Source: an uncultured Acetobacteraceae bacterium (GTDB lineage Bacteria > Pseudomonadota > Alphaproteobacteria > Acetobacterales > Acetobacteraceae). Taken from it: a DNA stretch of 64,000 bases. The stretch is taken from the NCBI GenBank assembly GCA_964248625.1, contig CAXTZG010000002.1, positions 7,778-71,777 of the forward strand, in the 5' to 3' direction. Below are positions 28,625-38,238 of the stretch, piece after piece (position 1 is the first letter of the stretch; every line of letters starts with the position of its first letter). The translations under genes were made by a program, and so were the position numbers. Under the pieces are notes generated by a model that had not been told where the DNA came from, ran no database searches, and saw only the letters and a list, made by a program, of their open reading frames with translations.

Positions 28625-30199
28625 ATGACCGACGACATCCTGCCGATCCGCCGCGCGCTGCTTTCCGTTTCCGACAAGACCGGCCTGCTTGAGCTGGCCC
28701 GGGCGCTGGCGGCGCATGGCGCGGAGCTGCTGTCCACCGGAGGATCGGCGCGCGCGCTGCGCGAGGCCGGCTTCGCCGTCACCGAGGTGTCGGACCATAC
28801 CGGCTTCCCGGAAATCCTGGACGGGCGGGTGAAGACCCTGGTGCCGCAGATCCATGGCGGCATCCTCGGCCGCCGCGACCTGCCCGAGCACCTGGCGCAG
28901 ATGCAGGCGCACGGCATCGCCCCCATCGACCTGGTCTGCGTCAACCTCTACCCGTTCGAGGCGGCGGTGGCGTCCGGCGCCGCGCCCGCGGACTGCATCG
29001 AGACCATCGACATCGGCGGCCCGGCGCTGATCCGCGCGGCCGCCAAGAACCATCCGCACGTCGTCGTGCTGACCGATCCGGCGCAGTACGAGGCCGTGGC
29101 CGACAGCCTGCGGACGCTGCGCGGCACCACGCTGGCCGATCGCCGCGCCTGGGCCGGCGCCGCCTATGGCCGCACCGCCGCCTATGACACGGCGATCGCC
29201 GCCTGGTTCGCGGCCGAGCGCGGTGACCTGCTGCCGCAGCGGCTGGCGCTGGCGGGCCTGCGGGCCGAAAGCCTGCGCTACGGCGAGAACCCGCATCAGC
29301 AGGCGGCCTTCTACACTGATGGCAGCCAGCGGCCCGGCATCGCCACCGCGCGGCAGGTGCAGGGCAAGTCGCTGTCCTACAACAACCTCAACGACACCGA
29401 CGCCGCCTTCGAGGCGGTGGCCGAGCTCGACGGCCCGGCGGTGGTGATCGTCAAGCATGCCAATCCCTGCGGCGTCGCCGTGGCCGCGGACCTGGCAACC
29501 GCCTGGGAACTGGCGCTGCGCTGCGATCCCGTTTCGGCGTTCGGGGGCATCGTCGCCGTCAACCGCACGCTGGACGAGGCGGCGGCGATCCGGATGGCCG
29601 GGATCTTCACCGAGGTGATCGTCGCCCCCGACGCCACCGAGGCGGCCCGGGCGGTGCTGGCGGCGAAGAAAAACCTGCGCCTGCTGCTGACTGGATCGCT
29701 GCCCGACCCGCTCTCGCCCGGCCTGATGCTCAAGAGCGTCGCCGGCGGCTTCCTGGCGCAGACCCGCGACAATGGCCGGCCGGACAGCCTGCGGGTAGCA
29801 ACGAAGCGCGCGCCCACGGAAGCCGAGCTTGCCGACCTGCTGCTGGCCTTCCGCGTCGCCAAGCACGTGAAGTCGAACGCGATCGTCTATGTCCGGGACG
29901 GCGCCACCGTGGGGATCGGTGCCGGCCAGATGAGCCGGGTCGACTCCGCGCGCATCGCCGCCTCCAAGGGCGCCGAGGCTGCAAAGGCGGCCGGGCTCGA
30001 TGTCCGGCTGACCGAGGGCAGCGTCGTCGCCTCGGATGCGTTCTTCCCGTTCGCAGACGGGCTCGAGGTCGCCATCGAGGCCGGTGCCACCGCCGTGATC
30101 CAGCCGGGCGGCTCGATCCGCGACGCCGAGGTGATCGCCGCCGCCGACAAGGCCGGCGTGGCGATGGTGTTCACCGCCATCCGCCATTTCAGGCATTGA
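28625..30199 (+). CDS. purH: Bifunctional AICAR transformylase/IMP cyclohydrolase
   Basis: 'RALLSVSDK', 'GRVKTL', 'IDIGGP', 'LRYGENPHQ', 'SYNN', 'KHVKSNAI', '[10 protein letters not shown]', 'RHFRH'. Confidence 0.98.
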   Translation: MTDDILPIRRALLSVSDKTGLLELARALAAHGAELLSTGGSARALREAGFAVTEVSDHTGFPEILDGRVKTLVPQIHGGILGRRDLPEHLAQMQAHGIAPIDLVCVNLYPFEAAVASGAAPADCIETIDIGGPALIRAAAKNHPHVVVLTDPAQYEAVADSLRTLRGTTLADRRAWAGAAYGRTAAYDTAIAAWFAAERGDLLPQRLALAGLRAESLRYGENPHQQAAFYTDGSQRPGIATARQVQGKSLSYNNLNDTDAAFEAVAELDGPAVVIVKHANPCGVAVAADLATAWELALRCDPVSAFGGIVAVNRTLDEAAAIRMAGIFTEVIVAPDATEAARAVLAAKKNLRLLLTGSLPDPLSPGLMLKSVAGGFLAQTRDNGRPDSLRVATKRAPTEAELADLLLAFRVAKHVKSNAIVYVRDGATVGIGAGQMSRVDSARIAASKGAEAAKAAGLDVRLTEGSVVASDAFFPFADGLEVAIEAGATAVIQPGGSIRDAEVIAAADKAGVAMVFTAIRHFRH

Positions 30200-30226
30200 C
30201 TGGCCTCGGCGCTAGCAACGGAGCGA

Positions 30227-30243
30227 TTTAGAATTGTTCGCAT
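30227..30243 (+). promoter_or_regulatory. Candidate Irr-binding iron control element (ICE)
   Basis: TTTAGAATTGTTCGCAT versus the ICE consensus TTT(A/G)GAA-N3-TTC(C/T)AAA: left half exact, right half partial. It lies in an AT-rich gap upstream of mbfA. Confidence 0.5.
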
Positions 30244-30331
30244 CGGGATCGTGACTGTCGTGAAGCCGCGAAGCATTTGCAGCGTCATGCTTTAACTTGA
30301 ATTATCGGCCGGTAGTGGCAAATGATCGCCG

Positions 30332-31288
30332 ATGCGGAAATTCGATGAGCTGACGGAACGGGACCTTCTCGCCCTGGCGATCGCCAACGAGGAGGAGGAC
30401 GGGCGGATCTACGCCGACTTCGCGCACCAGCTGCGGGAGCATTTTCCTGACAGCGCCGGCATCTTTGTCGAGATGGCGCACGAGGAGCAGGATCATCGCC
30501 GCCGGCTGATCGACCTGTACACCACGCGCTTCGGCGACCACATCCCGCTGGTGCGCAGGCAGGACGTGGCCGGTTTCGTGCATCGCCGTCCGGCCTGGCA
30601 GGTGCAGCGCCAAGGCATCGACGCGATCCGTCGCCACTCGCGGCAGATGGAGCTCGACGCCGCCCGCTTCTACCGGCAGGCGGCCAGCCGCACGTCCGAC
30701 ACCTCGATCCGCAAGCTGCTGGGCGACCTGGCGGAAGCGGAGGACGCGCACGAGCAGGCCGCCGGCGCCATCGAGCTCAGGCGCCTGCCGGCCAGCAAGC
30801 GCGAGGGCGAGGATGCCGAGGCCCGCCGCCGCTTCGTGCTGCAGGTGGTGCAGCCGGGGCTGGTCGGGCTGATGGACGGCTCGGTGTCGACGCTGGCGCC
30901 GGTGTTCGCGGCCGCCTTCGCCACCCACCTGCCGTGGAACGCGTTCCTGATCGGCATCGCCGCCTCCGTCGGCGCCGGCATCTCGATGGGCTTCGCCGAG
31001 GCCCTGTCCGACGACGGCAAGCTGTCCGGTCGCGGCGCGCCGCTGCTGCGCGGGCTGATCTGCGGGCTGATGACCATGGCGGGCGGCATCGGCCATACCC
31101 TGCCGTTCCTGATCCACGACTTCTCCCGGGCGCTTACCGTGGCGCTGGTCGTGGTGGTGCTGGAGCTGGCGCTGATCTCGTGGATACGCTGGCGCTACCA
31201 GGACACGCCGATCGTGTCGGCGGTGATCCAGATCCTGTTCGGCGGCGGGCTGGTGTTCGCAGCCGGGGTGCTGATCGGCTCGGCCTGA
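30332..31288 (+). CDS. mbfA: Membrane-bound ferritin / iron exporter (rubrerythrin-like + VIT1/CCC1)
   Basis: '[13 protein letters not shown]', two ExxH motifs (EEQDH, EDAH), '[17 protein letters not shown]', '[12 protein letters not shown]'. Confidence 0.92.
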   Translation: MRKFDELTERDLLALAIANEEEDGRIYADFAHQLREHFPDSAGIFVEMAHEEQDHRRRLIDLYTTRFGDHIPLVRRQDVAGFVHRRPAWQVQRQGIDAIRRHSRQMELDAARFYRQAASRTSDTSIRKLLGDLAEAEDAHEQAAGAIELRRLPASKREGEDAEARRRFVLQVVQPGLVGLMDGSVSTLAPVFAAAFATHLPWNAFLIGIAASVGAGISMGFAEALSDDGKLSGRGAPLLRGLICGLMTMAGGIGHTLPFLIHDFSRALTVALVVVVLELALISWIRWRYQDTPIVSAVIQILFGGGLVFAAGVLIGSA

Positions 31289-31346
31289 GCGGACAGGCCC
31301 TGCGTCGGCCTTCTGGTCAACCCAGAACCTGCTAGGCTGGCCCATC

Positions 31347-31952
31347 ATGCGCAGCCTCCTCGTATCCGCCCTGTTCCTCGTCGTCACGCAAGCTGCCCTG
31401 GCGCAGACGCCTGCGGTGCAGATCACGCCTGCGGACCGGGGCTGGATCGCCCGGATCCAGGACACGCTGAACGGCCTGACCACGCTGAAGGGCCGGTTCC
31501 AGCAGATCGCGCCCGACGGCCGCCGCAGCACCGGCACCGTCTGGCTCGACCGGCCGGGCCGCATGCGCTTCGAGTACGACAAGCCGAACCCGCTGCTGCT
31601 GGTGGCGGGCGGCGACAAGCTGGTCTTCACCGACAGCGCGCTCAAGCAGACCACCGAGATCCCGCTGGAGAAGACCCCGCTCGGGCTGCTGCTGAGGCCG
31701 AACCTGGCCTTGTCCGGCGACGTGACGGTGACCGGCTTCAGCCACGCGGCCGGTCTGCTGCAGGTGACGCTGGTGCGCACCGCGTCCCCGTCGGACGGCA
31801 GCCTGACGGTCTTCATGAGCGACAGCCCGCTCAGCCTGCGCGGCTGGAGCGTGATCGACGCGCAGGGTCGCCAAACGCGGATCGACCTGTTCGACGTCGC
31901 GACCGGCGTGCCGGTGCAGCAGGCTTTGTTTGACACCCGGGTCGCCGACTAG
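31347..31952 (+). CDS. lolA: Outer-membrane lipoprotein carrier LolA-family protein
   Basis: Signal peptide, 'TLKGRFQQ', 'RPGRMRFEYD', 'TPLGLLL'. Confidence 0.85.
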   Translation: MRSLLVSALFLVVTQAALAQTPAVQITPADRGWIARIQDTLNGLTTLKGRFQQIAPDGRRSTGTVWLDRPGRMRFEYDKPNPLLLVAGGDKLVFTDSALKQTTEIPLEKTPLGLLLRPNLALSGDVTVTGFSHAAGLLQVTLVRTASPSDGSLTVFMSDSPLSLRGWSVIDAQGRQTRIDLFDVATGVPVQQALFDTRVAD

Positions 31953-32104
31953 CGGCCTGCGGCACGGTCCCGCCGGTCTGGAGAACCAAACCGGGAGACC
32001 GGCGTTCCGTCGTGCAAACGGGGTCGCCGCATAGGCCCTTCGGCATCGATGCGATCGGATGCTAGGATCGGACCCCACACGCACGCTGGATCGATCATGA
32101 GATC

Positions 32105-32164
32105 ATGACGTCTTTCTTCAAGCCTCGCTTCGCCCCGTTCCGGCCCGGTATGGACGTGGCCTGA
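32105..32164 (+). other. 19-codon upstream ORF coupled to nagA (MTSFFKPRFAPFRPGMDVA)
   Basis: ATG 32105 to TGA 32162-32164, overlapping the nagA ATG (TGATG). Confidence 0.3.
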
Positions 32165-33393
32165 TGTTCGAGACCGCGCTCTGCGGCGCCCGGATCTTCA
32201 CCGGCGACACCACCCTCATCGGCCATGCCCTGCTGCTGCGCGACGACCGGATCGTCGGACTGGCACCGATGGGCTCGCTGCCGCGGGATACGCGGATGCA
32301 GGCGATCGACGGGCTGCTGGCACCGGGATTCGTTGATCTTCAGGTCAATGGCGGCGGCGGCGTCCTGTTCAATGCCGAGCCGACGCGAGACGGGCTGGCC
32401 GCGATCGCGTCGGCCCATGCGCCGCACGGCACCACCGCCATGCTGCCGACCTTCATCACCGACCATCCGGATGCGATGGCGACGGCGATCGGCGCCGTGA
32501 GGACCGCACTGGCGGATGGGCTGGCGGGCATCGCCGGGCTGCATCTCGAAGGACCCTTCCTGAGCCCCGATCGCGCGGGCGCGCACGATCCGGCCCTGAT
32601 CCGGGCGATGACCGAGGACGACCTGCGCCTGATCTTGGAAAGCGGGATCGACCACCTGCTGCTCACCGTCGCCGCCGAAACCGTCTCGCCGGCGCAGATC
32701 GAGCAGCTGGTGCGCGCGGGCGTGGTGGTGAGCCTGGGCCACAGCGATGCCGACGCGGACACCGTGTCGGCCGCGATCGATGCCGGCGCCACCGGCGTTA
32801 CCCACCTGTTCAACGCCATGTCGCAGATGACCGGTCGGGCGCCGGGCCTGGTCGGCACCGCCCTCGATCGCGGCGAGGTCTGGGCCGGGCTGATCGTCGA
32901 CATGCACCACGTCGATCCGGTGATGCTGCGCATCGCGCTGGCGGCCAAGCGCCTCCCGGGACGCCTACTGCTGGTGACCGATGCGATGCCTCCGGCCGGC
33001 ACCGACCTCGACAGCTTCATGCTGAACAACCGTCTCGTGCGACGCGAGGCGGGCCGGCTGACGCTTGCCGACGGGACGCTCGCCGGCTCGGACCTGACCA
33101 TGGACCGGGCGGTCGAGAATGCGGTGCTGGATCTCGAGCTGCCGGTCGAGGAGGCGCTGCGCATGGCCAGCCTCTACCCGTCGCGCTTCATGGGCATGGA
33201 GGATACCCATGGCCGGCTCGAGGCCGGACGGGCGGCGGACATCGTGCTGTTGGACGACGCGCTGAGCTGCCGGCGCTGCTGGCGAGACGGCGTCGAGCTG
33301 CCTCAATCCTCCGCCGGCATGCCCCCGGCCGCATCCGGCGCCGGATCGGCGGCCGCCTTGTCCGCCGCCGCCAGCTCCATCGCGCGCGCATAG
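32164..33393 (+). CDS. nagA: N-acetylglucosamine-6-phosphate deacetylase
   Basis: 'PGFVDLQVNGGGG', 'GLHLEGPFL', 'GHSDA', 'THLFNAMS', 'VTDAM', 'LAGS'. Its 3' end overlaps rsmI. Confidence 0.93.
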   Translation: MFETALCGARIFTGDTTLIGHALLLRDDRIVGLAPMGSLPRDTRMQAIDGLLAPGFVDLQVNGGGGVLFNAEPTRDGLAAIASAHAPHGTTAMLPTFITDHPDAMATAIGAVRTALADGLAGIAGLHLEGPFLSPDRAGAHDPALIRAMTEDDLRLILESGIDHLLLTVAAETVSPAQIEQLVRAGVVVSLGHSDADADTVSAAIDAGATGVTHLFNAMSQMTGRAPGLVGTALDRGEVWAGLIVDMHHVDPVMLRIALAAKRLPGRLLLVTDAMPPAGTDLDSFMLNNRLVRREAGRLTLADGTLAGSDLTMDRAVENAVLDLELPVEEALRMASLYPSRFMGMEDTHGRLEAGRAADIVLLDDALSCRRCWRDGVELPQSSAGMPPAASGAGSAAALSAAASSIARA

Positions 33394-34292
33394 ACCACGC
33401 GGCGCGGCAGGTGCACCGCACCTGCCACCAGGGTCGCCGCATCCTTGACCGAATGGCTGGCCAGGGCCGCGCGCAGGCGCTGGTCCAGCCCGTCCGCATC
33501 CGCCTCCTCCGCCGGAGCCGGCCCGACCAGCACGGTGATCTCGCCGCGCGCGGCGGCGGTCGCGTAGAAGGCCGCGAGTTCGTCCAGGCCGCCGCGCCGG
33601 ATCTCCTCGAACCGCTTGGTCAGCTCACGCGCCACCGCCGCCTCGCGGGCGCCGAACACCGCATGCAGGTCGGCCAGCATCTCGGCCAGCCGATGCGGCG
33701 CCTCGTGCCAGATCAGCGTCGCCGACAGCCCGGCGCGCTCGGCTGCCCGCAGCCGCCCGAACCCGTCCAGCCGGGCGGCGGACCGGGGTGCCGCGAAGCC
33801 CAGGAACAGGAACGGATGCGGCGGCAGGCCCGACAGGGTCAGGGCGGTGATCGCGGCGTTGGCGCCGGGTGCCGCGGTGACCGGGATGCCGGCCTCGATC
33901 GCCGCCCGCACCAGGCGGTAGCCCGGATCCGACAGCAGCGGCGTCCCGGCGTCGGACACGAGGGCCACGCGCCGCCCGCGTCGCAGCATGTCGAGCAGGG
34001 CCGGGATGCGCTGGCGCTCGTTATGCTCGTGCAGCGCCTCGGTGCGGGCCGAGATGTGCTTGGCCGAGAACAGGCGGGCGGTGGTGCGGGTATCCTCGCA
34101 CAGCACCAGCTCGGCCAACTGCAGGGCGGCGACGGCGCGCTCGGTCATGTCGCCGAGGTTGCCGATCGGTGTCGATACGAGAACGAGCCCGGGAACGATG
34201 CCGTGTGCTAGGACGTCCTGCCACGGGGCGTCGTCGGCCGGCGGGTCGTGTTCGGGTGAAGCAGGGGGAAGGGATGACGGGTCTTCGGGCAT
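33303..34292 (-). CDS. rsmI: 16S rRNA (cytidine1402-2'-O)-methyltransferase
   Basis: 'STPIGNLGD', 'CEDTRT', 'VSDAGTPLLSDPG', 'ARELTKRFEE', 'RGEITV'. Confidence 0.95.
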   Translation of the reverse strand: MPEDPSSLPPASPEHDPPADDAPWQDVLAHGIVPGLVLVSTPIGNLGDMTERAVAALQLAELVLCEDTRTTARLFSAKHISARTEALHEHNERQRIPALLDMLRRGRRVALVSDAGTPLLSDPGYRLVRAAIEAGIPVTAAPGANAAITALTLSGLPPHPFLFLGFAAPRSAARLDGFGRLRAAERAGLSATLIWHEAPHRLAEMLADLHAVFGAREAAVARELTKRFEEIRRGGLDELAAFYATAAARGEITVLVGPAPAEEADADGLDQRLRAALASHSVKDAATLVAGAVHLPRRVVYARAMELAAADKAAADPAPDAAGGMPAED

Positions 34293-34315
34293 CGCATCAA
34301 AGGGCGCGCGTCGCC

Positions 34316-35779
34316 ATGCCACGTCAACGCGCCGCGGCGAACCTGGACGAGCTGTCCCGCGTGCTGGCGGCGATCGTGACCGCTGGCCTGGGAGCACGAT
34401 CGCTCCGACTGCCGCTGCTCGCATCGAGCCTGCTGATGACCGGGTGCAGCAGCTTGCCTTTCTTTGGCAGCGGATCGGCCTCGCAGCCGCCGGGCCAGGC
34501 CGCCCTGCAGCCGCAGGCGGCACCCGACATGCCGGTCGAGGCGCCGCCGGCGCCGGCCGGAGCGACCGGGCCGAAGGTCGGCATCCTGCTGCCGCTGAGC
34601 GGTCCGAACGGCAGCCTGGGCGTCGGCATGCTGCGGGCGGCACGGCTGGCGCTGGCGGCACCCGGCTCGCCCGGGCTCGATGTGCATGACACCGCATCGC
34701 CTGCCGGAGCGGCCCAGGCGGCCCGGCTGTCGGTGCAGGGGGGCGATGCGATCATTCTCGGCCCGCTGACCTCGACGGAGACCGCGACGGTGGCGCCGGT
34801 CGCGCAGAGCGCCGGCATCCCGGTGCTCGCCTTCACCAGCGACGTGGGCCAGGCGCGGGCAGGCGTGTGGGTGATGGGCGTGACGCCGGAGCAGCAGGTG
34901 CGACGGCTGGTGTTCGCAGCCAAGCAGGAGGGCCGCAGCAGGATCGCGGCCCTGCTGCCTTCGAACGGGTTCGGCGACGCGCTGGCTGCCGGCCTGGTAC
35001 GGGCCTGCGCCGATGCCGGCCTGGCGCCTCCGACGATCCTGACCCATGCCGGAACCAGCGACAGCATCGCCGCCACCATGAAGCAGCTCGCCGATGTCTC
35101 CGCCCGGCAGGCGGTCGTGAGCCAGCAGGTCAAGGATGCCGGCACCGCCGCCAATGCCGCCGCCGCCGTCGATCCGGGTGCTGCCGCGCCGGCCGGCCAG
35201 CCGCCGGCGTCGCCCGCCGTCATGGCGCCCGCCTCGGGCGGTACCGGCCCGCTGGCGATCGCTGCCGCTCCTGCCGCTGCGGCGCCGCCCCCGCCACCTT
35301 TGCCGCCGCCGCCGTTCGACGCGCTGTTGCTGGGCGATACCGGATTGCAGCTGAAGGAGGTGATCGCGGCGCTGCGAACCTCCGGCGTGACCTCGTCCCA
35401 GGTGCGGATCATGGGTCCGGAGCTATGGGGCGCCTTTGCCAGCAAGCTGCGCGCCCTGTCCGGCGCCTGGTATGCGGCCCCCGATCCGTCGGCCCGGACC
35501 GGCTTCGCGCAACGCTATCAGGCCGCCTATGGGCAGGGCGCCAAGCCGCTCGCCGACATCGCCTATGATGCGGCGGCCCTGGCTCGCAGCCTCGCACCCG
35601 GCGGCTACGGGACGGGCGCCCTGTCCCGTGCCGACGGCTTCGCTGGCGTCGACGGGGTCTTCACCCTGCAGCCCGACGGGCATGTGCAGCGCGCGCTGGC
35701 GATCTTCCAGGTGCAGCCGGGGGGCGGCGGCAGCATCGTCCAGGCAGCACCACGGAGCCTGTCCGATACGGGCAGCTAG
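34316..35779 (+). CDS. LppC/LpoA-like penicillin-binding protein activator lipoprotein
   Basis: Lipobox LMTGC, 'KVGILLPLSG', 'ILGPL', C-terminal 'GFAGVDGVF....DG.VQRALAI'. Divergent from rsmI as usual. Confidence 0.8.
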   Translation: MPRQRAAANLDELSRVLAAIVTAGLGARSLRLPLLASSLLMTGCSSLPFFGSGSASQPPGQAALQPQAAPDMPVEAPPAPAGATGPKVGILLPLSGPNGSLGVGMLRAARLALAAPGSPGLDVHDTASPAGAAQAARLSVQGGDAIILGPLTSTETATVAPVAQSAGIPVLAFTSDVGQARAGVWVMGVTPEQQVRRLVFAAKQEGRSRIAALLPSNGFGDALAAGLVRACADAGLAPPTILTHAGTSDSIAATMKQLADVSARQAVVSQQVKDAGTAANAAAAVDPGAAAPAGQPPASPAVMAPASGGTGPLAIAAAPAAAAPPPPPLPPPPFDALLLGDTGLQLKEVIAALRTSGVTSSQVRIMGPELWGAFASKLRALSGAWYAAPDPSARTGFAQRYQAAYGQGAKPLADIAYDAAALARSLAPGGYGTGALSRADGFAGVDGVFTLQPDGHVQRALAIFQVQPGGGGSIVQAAPRSLSDTGS

Positions 35780-35799
35780 TCGGCCGGTCGGGCCGGGGC

Positions 35800-36168
35800 T
35801 CAGGCGGCGACGATCGCGCCGCAGGCGAGGACCGGACGGATGCAGTGCAGTGCCGCCTCGAAGCTGGCATAGCTGCCGAGCTTGTGGCCGCGCAGATGGT
35901 CGATCACCAGCCAGCGCATGCCCTCGGGGCGGATCATGTAGGCCGGATCGGCGTTCTCGCGCACCCAGACCAGCACATGCTCGAGCGCCACGGCGGCGTC
36001 GGTGGGCGTGCGCGGCGACACGTCGACGTCGCACAGCCCCATGGCGGTGCCGGCCTGCAGCCAGCGCATCAGGTATTCACGGTGGCGCGGCAGGAAGCGC
36101 AGCCGCAACGGCACGATGTTGGAGTTGGCAGGGAATTCCTGGAGCAGCGCAGGCGCAGGCTTAGCCAT
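35800..36168 (-). CDS. Hypothetical protein (122 aa)
   Basis: ORF with RBS GAAGGG upstream of ATG 36168 and globular-looking composition. No motif recognised. Confidence 0.65.
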   Translation of the reverse strand: MAKPAPALLQEFPANSNIVPLRLRFLPRHREYLMRWLQAGTAMGLCDVDVSPRTPTDAAVALEHVLVWVRENADPAYMIRPEGMRWLVIDHLRGHKLGSYASFEAALHCIRPVLACGAIVAA

Positions 36169-36334
36169 GATCAACCCTTCGAGGATTAGGCTCGCTATTT
36201 CGTGAGGACCGTAACTGTCCCCAGAACGCCGTCGCAATTGGAATCGTCGCCAAGTCCTCGTCCGGACAGGTCATTTCGACTCCATCAAAACATGTGTGGC
36301 AGAATTGCAATGATCCGTTACGCAGCCGCCTCGG

Positions 36335-37261
36335 TTACTTCATGTGCCGTGTGAGTTCTTTCGGCCAACGCCTGTGCAGCCACAGCCAGCTGTGCGGCGT
36401 CTCACGAATCCAGCCCTCGAGCACGTCATTGATACGCTGTGTCAAAATGGCCTGATCGGCCATCCTGTCGCCGGTGTCGGGCAGCGCCAGCGGCGAGTCC
36501 ACCACCAGGCGCAGCCGCGCGGGGCCGATCCGCTCGACCCGCCCGGCGATGACCGGGCAGCGCTGCCGCAGGGCGATCGCCGCCAGTGCGGTTGCCGTCA
36601 TCGCCGGCTGGCCGAACAGCCGGGCCTCGATCCCGTCATTCATCTTCTGGTCGACCAGCATGCCGAGCGAGCCGCCGCGCAGCACATGCGCCAGGGCCAG
36701 CCGCGCGCCCCGCGCGCCCTTGGCGAACAGCGGCACCGGGGTGCCCATCGCGGCGTCGCGCAGGTCGCGGATCATCTTGTCCACCAGCGGATTGCCGGCC
36801 GCGCGATAGAAGGAGGAGAAGCGCAGCCCGAAATGCGCCACCGCCTGCGGCAGCATCTCCCAGTTGCCGATATGGGCCGACACGAACAGCACCGGCCCGC
36901 CGATCCGGGCCTGCGCCTCCAGCACCTCCGCGCCCCGCGCCACCCAGCCCGGACCGGAGGCGGTGTCCTTGCGCAGCGCCGCCAGATGCGGGAACTCCGC
37001 CGCCGTCCGGCCGAGATTGTCCCAGACCCCGCGCACGATGCGCCGTCGCGCAGCCGCGTCCAGCTCGGGCATCGTCAGGCGCAGGTTCGCGTCCGCCACC
37101 CGCGACACCGGCAGCAGCGGCCCGATCGCACGGCAGAGCCTGCCGCCGAGATCCGAGGCCCGCACCGGCCCCAGCCGCCGGAACAGCCCGAGCAGCAGGC
37201 GGACGGCCACCGCCTCCAGCCGCTGCAGGACGACGTCGGCCGCCTTCGCGGGCGGCATCAT
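36335..37261 (-). CDS. lpxL: Lipid A lauroyl/acyltransferase (LpxL/HtrB family)
   Basis: 'SAHIGNWE', 'LVDQK', 'FFG'-like 'RLFG', 'WLWLHRRW'. Confidence 0.88.
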   Translation of the reverse strand: MMPPAKAADVVLQRLEAVAVRLLLGLFRRLGPVRASDLGGRLCRAIGPLLPVSRVADANLRLTMPELDAAARRRIVRGVWDNLGRTAAEFPHLAALRKDTASGPGWVARGAEVLEAQARIGGPVLFVSAHIGNWEMLPQAVAHFGLRFSSFYRAAGNPLVDKMIRDLRDAAMGTPVPLFAKGARGARLALAHVLRGGSLGMLVDQKMNDGIEARLFGQPAMTATALAAIALRQRCPVIAGRVERIGPARLRLVVDSPLALPDTGDRMADQAILTQRINDVLEGWIRETPHSWLWLHRRWPKELTRHMK

Positions 37262-38238
37262 GCACCGGCCGTCATGCGGTCAAGCAGCGCGCCGCGGGCC
37301 GTCGGATCGAGCCAGCGCAGGCAGACCGGGGCGACGATGACGGCGGCCCGCAGCGCTGACGGCAGCCGCACGGCATCCTTGGCCGTTGTGATCAGCGTCG
37401 CCTGCAGCCGGGCGGCGTCGCGCTGCAGCCGGTCGAGCTCGGCCGGCCGGAAGCGATGATGGTCGGCAAAGCCATGGGTCTGCAGCAGGGTCAGCCCCTG
37501 CGCCTCGAGTGTTTGGAAGAACTTGGCCGGCCGCGCGATGCCGGCGAAGGCCAGCAGCCTGCGGCCGCCCAGGCCGGCGATCGCCGGCCCCATCGCCAGC
37601 TCGGCCCGCAGCAGCGGCAGGGCCCGCGGCAGCCTGCCGGCGTCGCCGGTGGCGTCCGGACCGATCAGCACCGCCGCGGCGGCGCGTGCGGCGGCGGCGG
37701 CCACCGGCTCGCGCAGGGGACCCGCCGGCAGCAGCCGGCCGTTGCCGAACCCCACCGCCCCGTCGATCACCAGCAGCGGCCAGTCCTGGACGAGGCCGGG
37801 ATTCTGCATCCCGTCATCCATCAGCAGGATCTGCGCGCCCAACGCGATCGCCGCGCGGGCCCCTGCCGCGCGATCAGCCGACACCCAGCAGGGCACCCGC
37901 TCCGCCAGCAGCAGCGCCTCGTCCCCGACCAGTGCCGCGTCGTGACGATCCGGCTCGACCCGCAGCACGCCGGGCCGGCCGCGTCCGCCATAGCCGCGCG
38001 TCAGGCAGTGCACCGAAACGCCGCGATCGATCAGCCCCTGCGCCAGGTCGAGTGCCAGCGTCGTCTTGCCGGCACCACCCACCCCGACATTGCCGCAGCA
38101 GATGACCGGCACTGGCGCCCGCCAGCCCGGCCGGCGCAGCCGGCGCGCCGTGGCGCGCGCGGTGATCGCGGCGAGCGGCCCGAGCAGCGCAACAGCGAGG
38201 CCCGGGCGACGCCGGTACCAGAAGCCGGGCGGCCTCAT
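37258..38238 (-). CDS. lpxK: Tetraacyldisaccharide 4'-kinase
   Basis: 'VICCGNVGVGGAGKT', 'TRGYGG', 'VGDEALLL', 'MDDGMQN', 'AGPLRE', 'TTAKDAV'. Confidence 0.95.
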   Translation of the reverse strand: MRPPGFWYRRRPGLAVALLGPLAAITARATARRLRRPGWRAPVPVICCGNVGVGGAGKTTLALDLAQGLIDRGVSVHCLTRGYGGRGRPGVLRVEPDRHDAALVGDEALLLAERVPCWVSADRAAGARAAIALGAQILLMDDGMQNPGLVQDWPLLVIDGAVGFGNGRLLPAGPLREPVAAAAARAAAAVLIGPDATGDAGRLPRALPLLRAELAMGPAIAGLGGRRLLAFAGIARPAKFFQTLEAQGLTLLQTHGFADHHRFRPAELDRLQRDAARLQATLITTAKDAVRLPSALRAAVIVAPVCLRWLDPTARGALLDRMTAGA

